This document shows positions 9,531 to 18,659 of a stretch of DNA of 19,752 nt, in pieces; position 1 is the stretch's first letter, and each line of letters begins with the position of its first letter. The stretch comes from Octopus sinensis (lineage: Eukaryota). The stretch lies in NCBI RefSeq assembly GCF_006345805.1, contig NW_021824035.1:1-19752 (forward strand), written 5' to 3'. A program made the position numbers and the translations under genes. The notes beneath the pieces are model-generated. The model made no database searches. It was not told where the DNA came from and saw only the letters and a list, made by a program, of their open reading frames with translations.

Positions 9531-9559
9531 CTTGTTAAGAAACCACACAGAAGTAATAT

Positions 9560-9635
9560 CTCTCTCTCTATCTCTCTTTCCTTCTTCATTACTTTCTTCC
9601 TCTCTCTCTCTCTCTCTCTCTCTTAATTTCTCTCT
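9560..9635. repeat. (CT)n microsatellite, imperfect
   Basis: Direct inspection. Confidence 0.85.
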
Positions 9636-9739
9636 TTCCTTGATTTTATAGGTTTGTATCTCGGTTGAATCTAAATAGGATTTACGACTGGAAATGTTGA
9701 AGGCGAAGGGTTATTTGTTGCGGATATTTACTACAAACT

Positions 9740-9939
9740 AAGGCGGCAAGCTGGTAGAATCGTTAGCACGCTGGGCAACATTTTTAGCGGCATTTTGTCG
9801 GTCTTTACGTTCTGAGTTCACATCAGACCTAAGTCGACTTTGTCTTTCATCCTCTCAGGGGTCGATAAAATAAGTACAAGTTGTGCACTGGGTCCTATGT
9901 AATCGACTGGCTCCCTTTCCTCAAAACTTCAGGCCTATA
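9740..9939 (+). mobile_element. Older family-A SINE monomer with the type-2 tail
   Basis: AAGGCGGCAAGCTGGTAGAATCGTTAGCACG head, body, tail CCCTTTCCTCAAAACTTCAGGCCTATA, then (TAA)n/(TTA)n. Confidence 0.85.
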
Positions 9940-9954
9940 ATAATAATAATAATA

Positions 9955-10002
<48 letters not shown>

Positions 10003-10003
10003 G
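9938..10003. repeat. (TAA)n switching to (TTA)n
   Basis: Direct inspection. Confidence 0.95.
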
Positions 10004-10005
10004 TT

Positions 10006-10560
10006 AAGGCGGTGAGCTGGCAGAAAGGTTAGCACGCCGGACGAAATGCGTAGCAGTATTTCGTCTGCCGTTACGTTCTGAGTTCAAATTCCGCCGAGGT
10101 CGACTCTGCTTTTCATCCTTCCAGGGTCGATAAATTAAGTACCAGTTACGCACAGGGGTCGATGTAATCGACTTAATCCCTTTGTCTGTCCTTGTTTGTC
10201 CTCTCTGTGTTTAGCCCCTTGTGGGTAGTTCAAATTCCGCCGAGGTCTACTTTGCCTTTCATCCTTTCGGGGTCGATAAATTAAGTACCAGTTATGCACT
10301 GGAGTCGATGTAATCGACTTAATCCCTTTGTCTGTCTTTCTTTGTCCACTCTATGTTTAGCCCATTGTGGGTAGTAAAGAAATAGGTATTTCGTCCGTCT
10401 TTACGTTCTGAGTTCAAATTCCGCCCAGGTCGACTTTGCCTTTCATCCCTTTCGGGGTCGATAAAGTAAGTAAGACCCAGTAAAACACTGGGGGTCGATG
10501 TAAACGACTTATCCCACCCCACCCCCTCGCAAGCACCACGAAATTGCTGTCCTTGGAACT
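10006..10560 (+). mobile_element. Family-A SINE: head plus three units, the last with a type-2-like tail
   Basis: Unit 1 starts at 10057; unit 2 is joined at about 10229 through AGT microhomology; unit 3 starts at 10387. Confidence 0.9.
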
Positions 10561-10653
10561 GATATTTAGAAAGTTTCATGCACAATCGAAGTTGGTTTCG
10601 TTTTTCATATTTCAGTTGATCTCCGCTCTTGTCTCTCCTACACCCAGGTATTT

Positions 10654-10684
10654 GGGAGGCGGGGAGAGCGGGAGGGGGGCGGGG
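10654..10684 (+). other. G-quadruplex-capable G-run cluster containing a GC box
   Basis: GGGAGGCGGGGAGAGCGGGAGGGGGGCGGGG: five G-tracts of 3 or more with short loops. Confidence 0.6.
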
Positions 10685-10864
10685 TGACCTTTTAGGAAAA
10701 GGAATTTTGAAGTTCATATTTGAAAGTAAACAGGAAATTAGGATGATATAAAAGAAATACGTGTAGAGAGGTTTTTGCTATAAAAACACTGTGATATTAA
10801 AATATGTGAGATATTACACAGCATCACGAAACCAATCCCAGTTCTGAAAAATATGAACTATGCT

Positions 10865-10902
10865 CGTTTATATACGTGCATATATAGATATGGTATTATA
10901 TA

Positions 10903-10973
<71 letters not shown>

Positions 10974-11339
10974 GAGAGGGAGAGATACATAGATATAGAC
11001 TTATATATATATGTATATATATATAGGTATATCCATATACATATACATATATATAAATATATATACATATACACAAATACATATATTATATATATACACA
11101 TATACGTAGCCATATATATGCGTATACATATACATACACACGCATATATATAAACTCATAGACATACATATAAATGTATGTATACATATATACATACATA
11201 TACATACATATATATATACTCATATACATATATATACATATACATGTATATAACATATATATATATAATGTATGTATATTGTATACATATATATATAATA
11301 TATTTATATATACGTATACATATATATATTATATATATA

Positions 11340-11372
<33 letters not shown>

Positions 11373-11575
11373 CATATATATCTATACATATACATATGCA
11401 CACATATATATCTATGTATATGTGTGTAGGTATCTGCATATATATATATAATGTGTGAGTATATGTATGCATATATATATATGCCTGTGTATATGCATAT
11501 ACACGAATATATGTATATGTATACACGTGTGTGCATAAATATATATATACACACACACACACATTTATATACTTG
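10865..11575. repeat. TA/TAC-rich degenerate microsatellite field
   Basis: Direct inspection. Confidence 0.92.
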
Positions 11576-11637
11576 ATATAGAACAAACTAAAATTAAAAA
11601 CAAGATAAAAATTATTTCTGTCATTACAATAAATACA

Positions 11638-11740
11638 ATGATGATGATTGTTATCATCATCATCGTCAGCGCTTTCATCATCATCATCATCGTCATCATT
11701 ATCATCATCATCACCACCACCCGTATCACCGTCATCATTT
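11638..11740. repeat. Imperfect (ATC)n
   Basis: Direct inspection. Confidence 0.9.
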
Positions 11741-11856
11741 TCTAGTGACGTCATCAGTACCTCTCAGTAAGAAATTCAATCTGGAGCTAAATTATCCAGC
11801 ACTAGAATTATGGTACAAACGTAACGAGATTATAAATTACAGAGACGAACGCACTG

Positions 11857-11887
11857 TAATAATAATAATAATTATTATTATTATTAC

Positions 11888-11924
<37 letters not shown>

Positions 11925-11955
11925 GTTGTTGTTGTTGTTGTTATTATTATTATTG
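11857..11955. repeat. (AAT)n/(ATT)n/(GTT)n
   Basis: Direct inspection. Confidence 0.92.
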
Positions 11956-12009
11956 TCCACACTCATAGTTTAACGTCATTGTAACGCAAACCAGATTAGA
12001 GAGAAAATA

Positions 12010-12071
12010 TTACATTATATATGTGTTTGCTGTGTGTTTATGTTTGTGTATATATAGGATGTATATACATC

Positions 12072-12109
<38 letters not shown>

Positions 12110-12206
12110 AGAATTTAATATAAATATAAATTACAAAGTGGGACAAGAACGCAAAAACACACAAGGAGACGACACAAAACCGACGGGTCACTATATATAT
12201 ATGTAC

Positions 12207-12267
<61 letters not shown>

Positions 12268-12308
12268 ATATAATATATATTATATATATATATAATATAT
12301 AGTACGTA

Positions 12309-12392
<84 letters not shown>

Positions 12393-12431
12393 GTATATAT
12401 ATATATATATATATAATATATATATATATAC

Positions 12432-12470
<39 letters not shown>

Positions 12471-12510
12471 TATATATATATATAATATATATATATAATA
12501 TATATTATAT
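12010..12510. repeat. TA-rich microsatellite field with a short unique island at about 12130-12190
   Basis: Direct inspection. Confidence 0.9.
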
Positions 12511-12722
12511 TGTGAAATAGAAAGATGAATAATCTTGTTGCAGATTAATCAAAAGTTTAACCGATACCTTGGTAGCAAAATCACAGCAGAAGACAGCACG
12601 GTTGGAGGTACAACCATATGGTGTTGCAACCGTGCGTTGGTGCGGATAATTGAATTTTAATATTATTAGTGAATTGAAGAAATGGAGTTGAACGAAGATT
12701 GAACAGAAATCGTTTTATTGCA

Positions 12723-12802
12723 TTCTACACGTGTTTCGAAAGGCACAATTTACCAAATTCCGATTGAATAAGGAGACCATATTGTGTCTTTCTCTTCAGG
12801 AA
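12723..12802 (-). ncRNA. Minimal type-I hammerhead ribozyme (left arm)
   Basis: Minus strand: stem I UUC, CUGAAGA (12799-12793), long stem II GAAAGACACAAU/AUUGUGCCUUUC, GAAA (12737-12734), palindromic stem III ACACGUGU, GUA cleavage triplet (cut between 12726 and 12725), then GAA. Confidence 0.8.
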
Positions 12803-12869
12803 GAAATAGGAAATCCGTTGGAAAAAACAAAAAACTCTGTTTTGTTTTTTCCAACGGATTTCCTATTTC

Positions 12870-12948
12870 TTCCTGAAGAGAAAGACACAATATGGTCTCC
12901 TTATTCAATCGGAATTTGGTAAATTGTGCTTTCGAAACACGTGTAGAA
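12870..12948 (+). ncRNA. Minimal type-I hammerhead ribozyme (right arm)
   Basis: UUC 12870-12872; CUGAAGA 12873-12879; stem II 12880-12891 pairing with 12923-12933; GAAA 12934-12937; ACACGUGU 12937-12944; cut after A12945; GAA 12946-12948; AATAAA 12952-12957. Confidence 0.8.
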
Positions 12949-13007
12949 TGCAATAAAACGATTTCTGTTCAATCTTCGTTCAACTCCATTTCTTCAATTC
13001 ACTAATA

Positions 13008-13136
13008 TATTATATATATATATAATATATATATATATAATATATAATATATATATATATATATATTATATATATTATATATATATATATATTATATAAT
13101 ATATTATATATATATATATATATATATGTGTGTATG

Positions 13137-13183
<47 letters not shown>

Positions 13184-13280
13184 TATATATACATATATAT
13201 ATGTACATATATGTATAAATGCATATATATATACATATATATTTATGTATAATTATGTGTATATATACATATATATATAT
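13008..13280. repeat. TA-rich microsatellite field
   Basis: Direct inspection. Confidence 0.92.
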
Positions 13281-13284
13281 AAGC

Positions 13285-13452
13285 AAAGCTTGTGAGTGGA
13301 TTTGGTAGACGGAAACTGAAAGAAGCTCTAGGTTTTGGTCGGCCCGAGGCTGTAGTAGAAGACACTTGCCCAAGGTGTCACGCAGTGGGATTGAACCCGG
13401 AACCATGTGATTGGTAACCAAGCTACTTACCACATAGCCACTCCTGCGCCTA
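13285..13452 (-). mobile_element. Family-B SINE 5' half with an internal micro-inversion
   Basis: 13331-13452 is the head on the minus strand; 13285-13326 is the next consensus segment but in plus orientation. Confidence 0.85.
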
Positions 13453-13755
13453 TATATACGTGTGTGTGTGTGTGTGTGTGCGTGCGTGTCTGTGTGCGTG
13501 TGTGTGCATGTATTTGTATGTATGTTTGTGTGTGTTCTTGCGTGTGTTTGTGTTTTTTGTGTGTGTGTGTGCGTGTGTGTGTGCGTGTATATGTTTGTGT
13601 ATGCTTCTGTGTGTGTGTATGTGTGTGTGTGCTTGTGTGCATGTGTTTGTGCGTGTGTGTCTGTGTGTGATTGTGTGTATGTTTGTATATGTGTGTTTGT
13701 GTATGCTTATGTGTATGTGTGTATGTGTGTGTGTTTATGTGTGTGTGTATATATA
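13453..13755. repeat. Degenerate (GT)n field
   Basis: Direct inspection. Confidence 0.92.
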
Positions 13756-13763
13756 CTACTCAC

Positions 13764-13884
13764 AGGATCGTACCCTGGGTAGCAATGGGAACCATAGCAG
13801 CAGCGACCTTATGATTGGTCATCCAATGTTTACGGAAATTGCTGACAAGAAACTCTAATTGCTTTGCAACACGCACCACAAGCA
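13764..13884 (-). CDS. Candidate internal coding exon B (nuclear-receptor LBD helix 5 / beta-turn-like)
   Basis: Acceptor TTGATGATTCAG| and donor CCT|GTGAGT; 121 nt, phase 1-2, open frame xLVVRVAKQLEFLVSNFRKHWMTNHKVAAAMVPIATQGTIL. An alternative acceptor at 13841 gives 78 nt in the same frame. Confidence 0.55.
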
Positions 13885-14134
13885 CTGAATCATCAATACA
13901 AATCCATAGACAAGTTTGTTATTTTCGTCCGTTTGTTTGCGCTTTTCTTTTTTTTTTTTTTTACTGGTCTTTTAGAACACGTGTTTAGTGTTCATTTGGT
14001 ACTCTCTTTTATCGACCTTGAAGGGAGCCAATGCAAATTTGCCTCTGATGGGTATTGATCTTAGTGCGTCGGCGAGCCGGAAGAATGTCGTTTAGGATTT
14101 TGAGCGACCCGCGAAGCACCTTCACTCACAGCTT

Positions 14135-14546
14135 TAATAATCCTTTCTACTATAGGCACAAGGCCTGAAATTTCAGGAGAGGAGATTAGTCGATTACATC
14201 GACCCCAGAGCGTAACTGGTACTTAATATATCGACCTCGAAAGGATGAAAGGCAAAGTCGACCTCGGCGGGATTTGAACTCAGAACATAAAAGCAGACGA
14301 AATACCAATTTCTATTTCTTTACTACCCACAAGGGGCTAAACACAGAGGGGACAAACAAGGACAGACAAATGGATTGAGTCGATTACATCGACCCCAGTG
14401 CCTAACTGCTATTTATTTAATCGACCCCGGAAAGATGAAAGGCAAAGTCGACCTCGGCGGAATTTGAACTCAGAACGTAGCGGCAGACGAAATACCGTTA
14501 AGCATTTCGCCCAGTGTGCTATCGATTCTGCCAGCTCGCCGCCTTA
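14135..14546 (-). mobile_element. Family-A SINE: head, one spacer unit and a terminal unit with the type-2 tail
   Basis: Tail TAATAATCCTTTCTACTATAGGCACAAGGCCTGAAATT, two bodies, head ...CTGCCAGCTCGCCGCCTTA. Confidence 0.9.
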
Positions 14547-14559
14547 CAACTTTGATAAT

Positions 14560-14775
14560 AAGATAACTTTTCTATTATAGGCCAGAAGTTTTGAGAAAGA
14601 GAGCCAGTCGTTCAATTGGCCCCAGTGTTCAAGTGGTACTTATTTTATCGATTCCAGAAGGATATAAAAAAGAAACTGCCCTTGGCGGAATTTGAACTCT
14701 AAACATAAAGGCGAACGAAATGCCGCTAAGTAATTTTATCAGGCATTGTAACGATTCTGCCATTTCGATGCCATA
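14560..14775 (-). mobile_element. Older degenerate family-A SINE monomer
   Basis: TTTCTATTATAGGCC...GGTACTTATTTTATCGA...GGCGGAATTTGAACTC...AACGATTCTGCCA. Confidence 0.8.
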
Positions 14776-14892
14776 AACACTTTAACATTTTGACTTACAA
14801 ATATTTTCAACAGAAAAAAAAAGCAAACAGAGGGTTCAAACTGAGAGGAACACGTTTACATATCAGAACAGATTCGAAATTATCATATTGCT

Positions 14893-15348
14893 AATTGTGG
14901 TTGTGTGATAAGAAGCTTGCTTTCGAACCATATGGTTCCAGGTTCACTCCCACTGCATGGCGCCTTGGGCAAGTAGTTTCTTCTATAGTCTCAGGCGAAA
15001 CAAAACCTTCTGAGTGGATTATGTAGACGGAAAAATGAAAGAAGCCCGTCGTGTGTGTGTGTGAGGAGGGGAGAGAGAGAAAGAGACGGAAGAGAGAATG
15101 AGAGAGGGGGGAGATAGAGAGAAAGAGAACGAGAGAGAGATACTGTTTGTTTACCCCCACCGTTTGACAATCAGTGTTGATGTGTTTACGTCCACGTAAC
15201 CTAACGCTTCAGCAAAAGGGAACGATCAAGTAAGTACCAGCCTAAAAAAGATAAGTACCAGAGTCGATTCACTCAACTAAAATTCAAGAAGGTGGTGCCC
15301 CAGCATGGCCACAGTCGACTGACTGCAACAAGTAACATGTAAAAGATA
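14893..15348 (+). mobile_element. Family-B SINE, full length and diverged, with internal (GT)/(AG) run
   Basis: TGGTTGTGTGATAAGAAGC...CCTTGGGCAAGT...GTAGACGGAAAAATGAAAGAAGCCCGTCG...GGTGCCCCAGCATGGCCACAGTC...AAAAGATA. Confidence 0.85.
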
Positions 15349-15484
15349 TCAACGAACGTTTCGCATGATTTTGTCTACATCGTGTATCTTGTACTTGCGT
15401 TGGTTTCTCTCAGCTATTTTGCTATTTCCTGATCCCGTTGCCGAATTCTTCAATAAATATTCTTCAACTGGAAACTTATATCAC

Positions 15485-15623
15485 CGTTATTAATGCAATA
15501 CAAATTACACTGGTCGTCTGTTAGGGCGTCCTCGAAGCTTCCTGACAACCTAGCCAGGCGTGACATTCGGCTGATAAAGAAAAGCCTCTTTTTGGAATAG
15601 TGGCTTTCGCGGATCACAGAAAA
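15485..15623 (-). CDS. Candidate coding exon A carrying a nuclear-receptor LBD signature (helix 3-4)
   Basis: Acceptor TATTATTTATAG|; open frame FSVIRESHYSKKRLFFISRMSRLARLSGSFEDALTDDQCNLYCINN. LARLSGSFEDALTDDQ fits the spacing of (F/W)AKxxxxFxxLxxxDQ. Three possible phase-1 donors (exon ending at 15509, 15485 or 15476), all compatible with exon B. Confidence 0.5.
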
Positions 15624-15659
15624 CTATAAATAATAGCGTATGCATATTGCATAGAAATA

Positions 15660-16352
15660 TTAATATATACCATACCACACATTACATTAGATACATAAAT
15701 GCATACATACATGTATGCATAATCCATACATACATACATACATACATACATGTATGTACATACATACAAGCATGCATGCATAAATACATTCATACATACA
15801 TATACATACATGCATGCAAACATACATACGTACATACAGGCTGACATGCATAGATTCATGCGCACATACATATATACGTACATGCATACATACATGCATG
15901 CATACATACATACATGCATACATACATACATGTATGCATAATCCATACATACATATATACATACATACATGTATGCATAATCCATACATACATATATACA
16001 TACATACATGCATACATACATTCATACATGTATGCATAATCCATACATACATACATATATACATTCATACATACATATACATACATGTATGCATACATAC
16101 ATACATACATACATGCATACATATATACATACATACATACATACATGCATAATCCATCCATACATACATACATACATACATACATACGTACGTACGTACA
16201 TGCATGCATACATACATACATACATACATACATACATACATTCATACATACATACATACATTCATACATACATACATACGTACATACATACATACGTACG
16301 TACGTACGTACATACATACATACATACATACATACATACATACATACATACA

Positions 16353-16383
<31 letters not shown>

Positions 16384-16390
16384 GTACACG
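15660..16390. repeat. (ATAC)n field with a recurrent GCATAATCCATAC variant
   Basis: Variant at 15717, 15936, 15975, 16034 and 16147. Confidence 0.95.
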
Positions 16391-16609
16391 GGACTATAAA
16401 AATCTGCAAGATCTTAAGACTTAACAGATGATAGACAAAAGATGCTTTCCTTCACGGCCAAATAAGTGACCGGTTGAAATTTCCTTTAAATGAAAACGAG
16501 AAAGAGAACTTACATACATACCTATATACAAGCATGCATGTATGCTTTTATACATATATACATATCTATATACATACATACATACATGCATTATGGTAAA
16601 AGTTATGGC

Positions 16610-16790
16610 CACTAAACAAACAGGAATACTGGTGGAATATCTCATTGAAGACTTCAGTAAAATGTAAGCACAACAGACCTGACATAGTGATTTGGGATAG
16701 AGAAGAGAAACTGTGCACAGCTGTGGAAATTAGCCGCCCAGCCGATGTTAACATAACGCTGAAGGTCAGTGAAAAAGAAAACACCTATGC
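16610..16790 (+). mobile_element. Fragment of a restriction-like (PD-D/ExK) endonuclease from an R4/Dong/NeSL-type non-LTR retrotransposon
   Basis: EYWWNISLKTSVKCKHNRPDIVIWDREEKLCTAVEISRPADVNITLKVSEKENTY matches the HNRPD...E...P.D...K...K..Y pattern of REL-endonuclease LINEs; homology stops at about 16787. Confidence 0.8.
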
Positions 16791-17701
16791 TTTTATACTT
16801 TTTATTCTGCCTGGGGTTAAAACGGTAGTAACATCGAACAGCCATATTGATATGGCGATTAACTTTATTTAGCTTACAGCTGTTTCTGTGTTAAGATGCA
16901 GTGGGCTCATAGTTGAGTGCCTGAATAACATCTTATGGCTTCATTGGAGCCTCGAATATATAGTCGTGGCTCCGATGAAACTGTAAGGTGTTACACAGCA
17001 GAAACAACTGTAAGGTGATGAATTTCGTAAAATCATAAGATGATCGTTTAATCCTCTGTCGTCTCATCTGCTGATATGTGTGTATGTGTGTGTGTTTATA
17101 TATATGCGTATCTTTCTATATATATATGTATATGTGCATATGTTTATATGTATGTCTCTCTCTCTCTCTCTCTCTCCTACATCTAAATATATATATATAT
17201 ATATATATATGATATATATATATATATATAATATAACTACAAAATTGAAAATGGAGAAACATACTTAAATCAATAAAACATCAACTATCAGATGATACCC
17301 AATCAATACTTTTACGCATATATATAAACACACACACATACACACATATCAGCAGATGTGACGACAGAGGATTAAACGATCATCTTATGATTTTACGAAA
17401 TTCATCACCTTACAGTTGTTTCTGCTGTGTAACACCTTACAGTTTCATCGGAGCCACGACTATATATTCGAGGCTCCAATGAAGCCATAAGATGTTATTC
17501 AGGCACTCAACTATGAGCCCACTGCATCTTAACACAGAAACAGCTGTAAGCTAAATAAAGTTAATCGCCATATCAATATGGCTGTTTGATGTTACTCCCG
17601 TTTTAACCCCAGGCAGAATAAAAGGTATAAAAGCATAGGTGTTTTCTTTTTCACTGACATTCAGCTTTATGTTAACATCGGCTGGGCGGCTAATTTCCAC
17701 A
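16722..17701. repeat. 389-bp inverted duplication (16722-17110 vs 17313-17701)
   Basis: Arms are colinear with no net indel; six substitutions by manual comparison. Confidence 0.93.
16872..17015. mobile_element. Penelope-like terminal segment with two degenerate hammerhead-like motifs in opposite orientation
   Basis: Plus strand: CCGAUGA 16972-16978...GAAACAACUGUA 17001-17012. Minus strand: CUAUGA (16912-16907)...GAAACAGCUGUA (16886-16875). Mirrored copies at about 17408-17453 and 17511-17551. Confidence 0.5.
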
Positions 17702-17797
17702 ACTATGTAATGGTGTATTAAAGTATTGATTGGGTATCATCTGATAGTTGATGTTTTATTGATTTAAGTATGTTTCTCCATTCTCTAATTTTGTAGT
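17236..17797. repeat. Second inverted duplication (17236-17312 vs 17720-17797)
   Basis: 77/78-bp arms with one substitution and one 1-bp indel. Confidence 0.9.
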
Positions 17798-17967
17798 ATT
17801 AATTTACGGTAATATTATTACCTTTACCCATATAATACAATAGATGAACTGATTGTTTGGCAATTTTTAACATCTATGTATTAGTCTTGTTGGGTACCTA
17901 TCTAGCAGTATATTGGATATATATTATCCCATGGTGGTTGAATTTTCAACCCCTATCTCATTTTATA

Positions 17968-17969
<2 letters not shown>

Positions 17970-18066
<97 letters not shown>

Positions 18067-18116
18067 CGTTTAGTCATACAAGTCTTATATATGTTTAAGC
18101 CATATATATGTATGTG

Positions 18117-18155
<39 letters not shown>
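17970..18155. repeat. (TA)n field
   Basis: Direct inspection. Confidence 0.92.
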
Positions 18156-18156
<1 letters not shown>

Positions 18157-18330
18157 AAGTTCAGCAAAAATTTAGATTCGAATGAATATGGTACTTAATT
18201 TAGATGCACCAGAATTTTGTCTGGTGTTATCCATAAAAATTTGTGGGGTGATTATAATCAAACTTTTAATAAAATGATGTAGTGTGAAACAATTGTACCA
18301 AATTACCGGAGTCATTCTTGTTGCTTATTG

Positions 18331-18366
<36 letters not shown>

Positions 18367-18659
18367 GTTCTTGTGTTTCCATTTGTAATAGCAAGGCTTA
18401 CAGGTGCAAAACGAAGAGCTCAATAAATCAGGAAGTGAAGAATGATGGAAGATTATATTTCGCCAAATATAATGTGCGTGTGAAAGTTTGTGTATGTAGC
18501 GCCTCCGTAATATGCTTGAATGTGTGCGTATTTCTATGTAGCACCTAAGCGTGTATGTATATGTATATATGTGTGTGTGTGTTGATGTATATATTGATGT
18601 ATATGATGTGTATGTGTACATGTTAATCTGTGTACTTTTATGCTGTTTGATTCCAATTC

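Larger units (their letters stand above)
12664..13007. repeat. 344-bp near-perfect palindrome (arms 169 and 168 bp, 7-nt spacer); probable inverted Penelope-like pLTR
   Basis: Arm 12664-12832 is the reverse complement of 12840-13007 except for one extra G at about 12742; spacer AACTCTG at 12833-12839. Confidence 0.95.

Noticed and set aside
11730-11770. CUGAUGA...GAAA on the minus strand, TGACGTCA CRE (11746-11753) and a second 21-nt microexon (11746-11766)
   Set aside because: No stem II or III for a hammerhead; the motifs arise at the edge of an (ATC)n repeat, so a chance match is likely
12130-12190. Unique island ACAAAGTGGGACAAGAACGCAAAA as a retroelement end
   Set aside because: Too short to assign from this window alone
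13766-13858. Plus-strand terminal exon DRTLGSNGNHSSSDLMIGHPMFTEIADKKL*
   Set aside because: Its apparent acceptor ACTCACAG is the reverse complement of the minus-strand donor; the minus model has both splice sites and domain similarity
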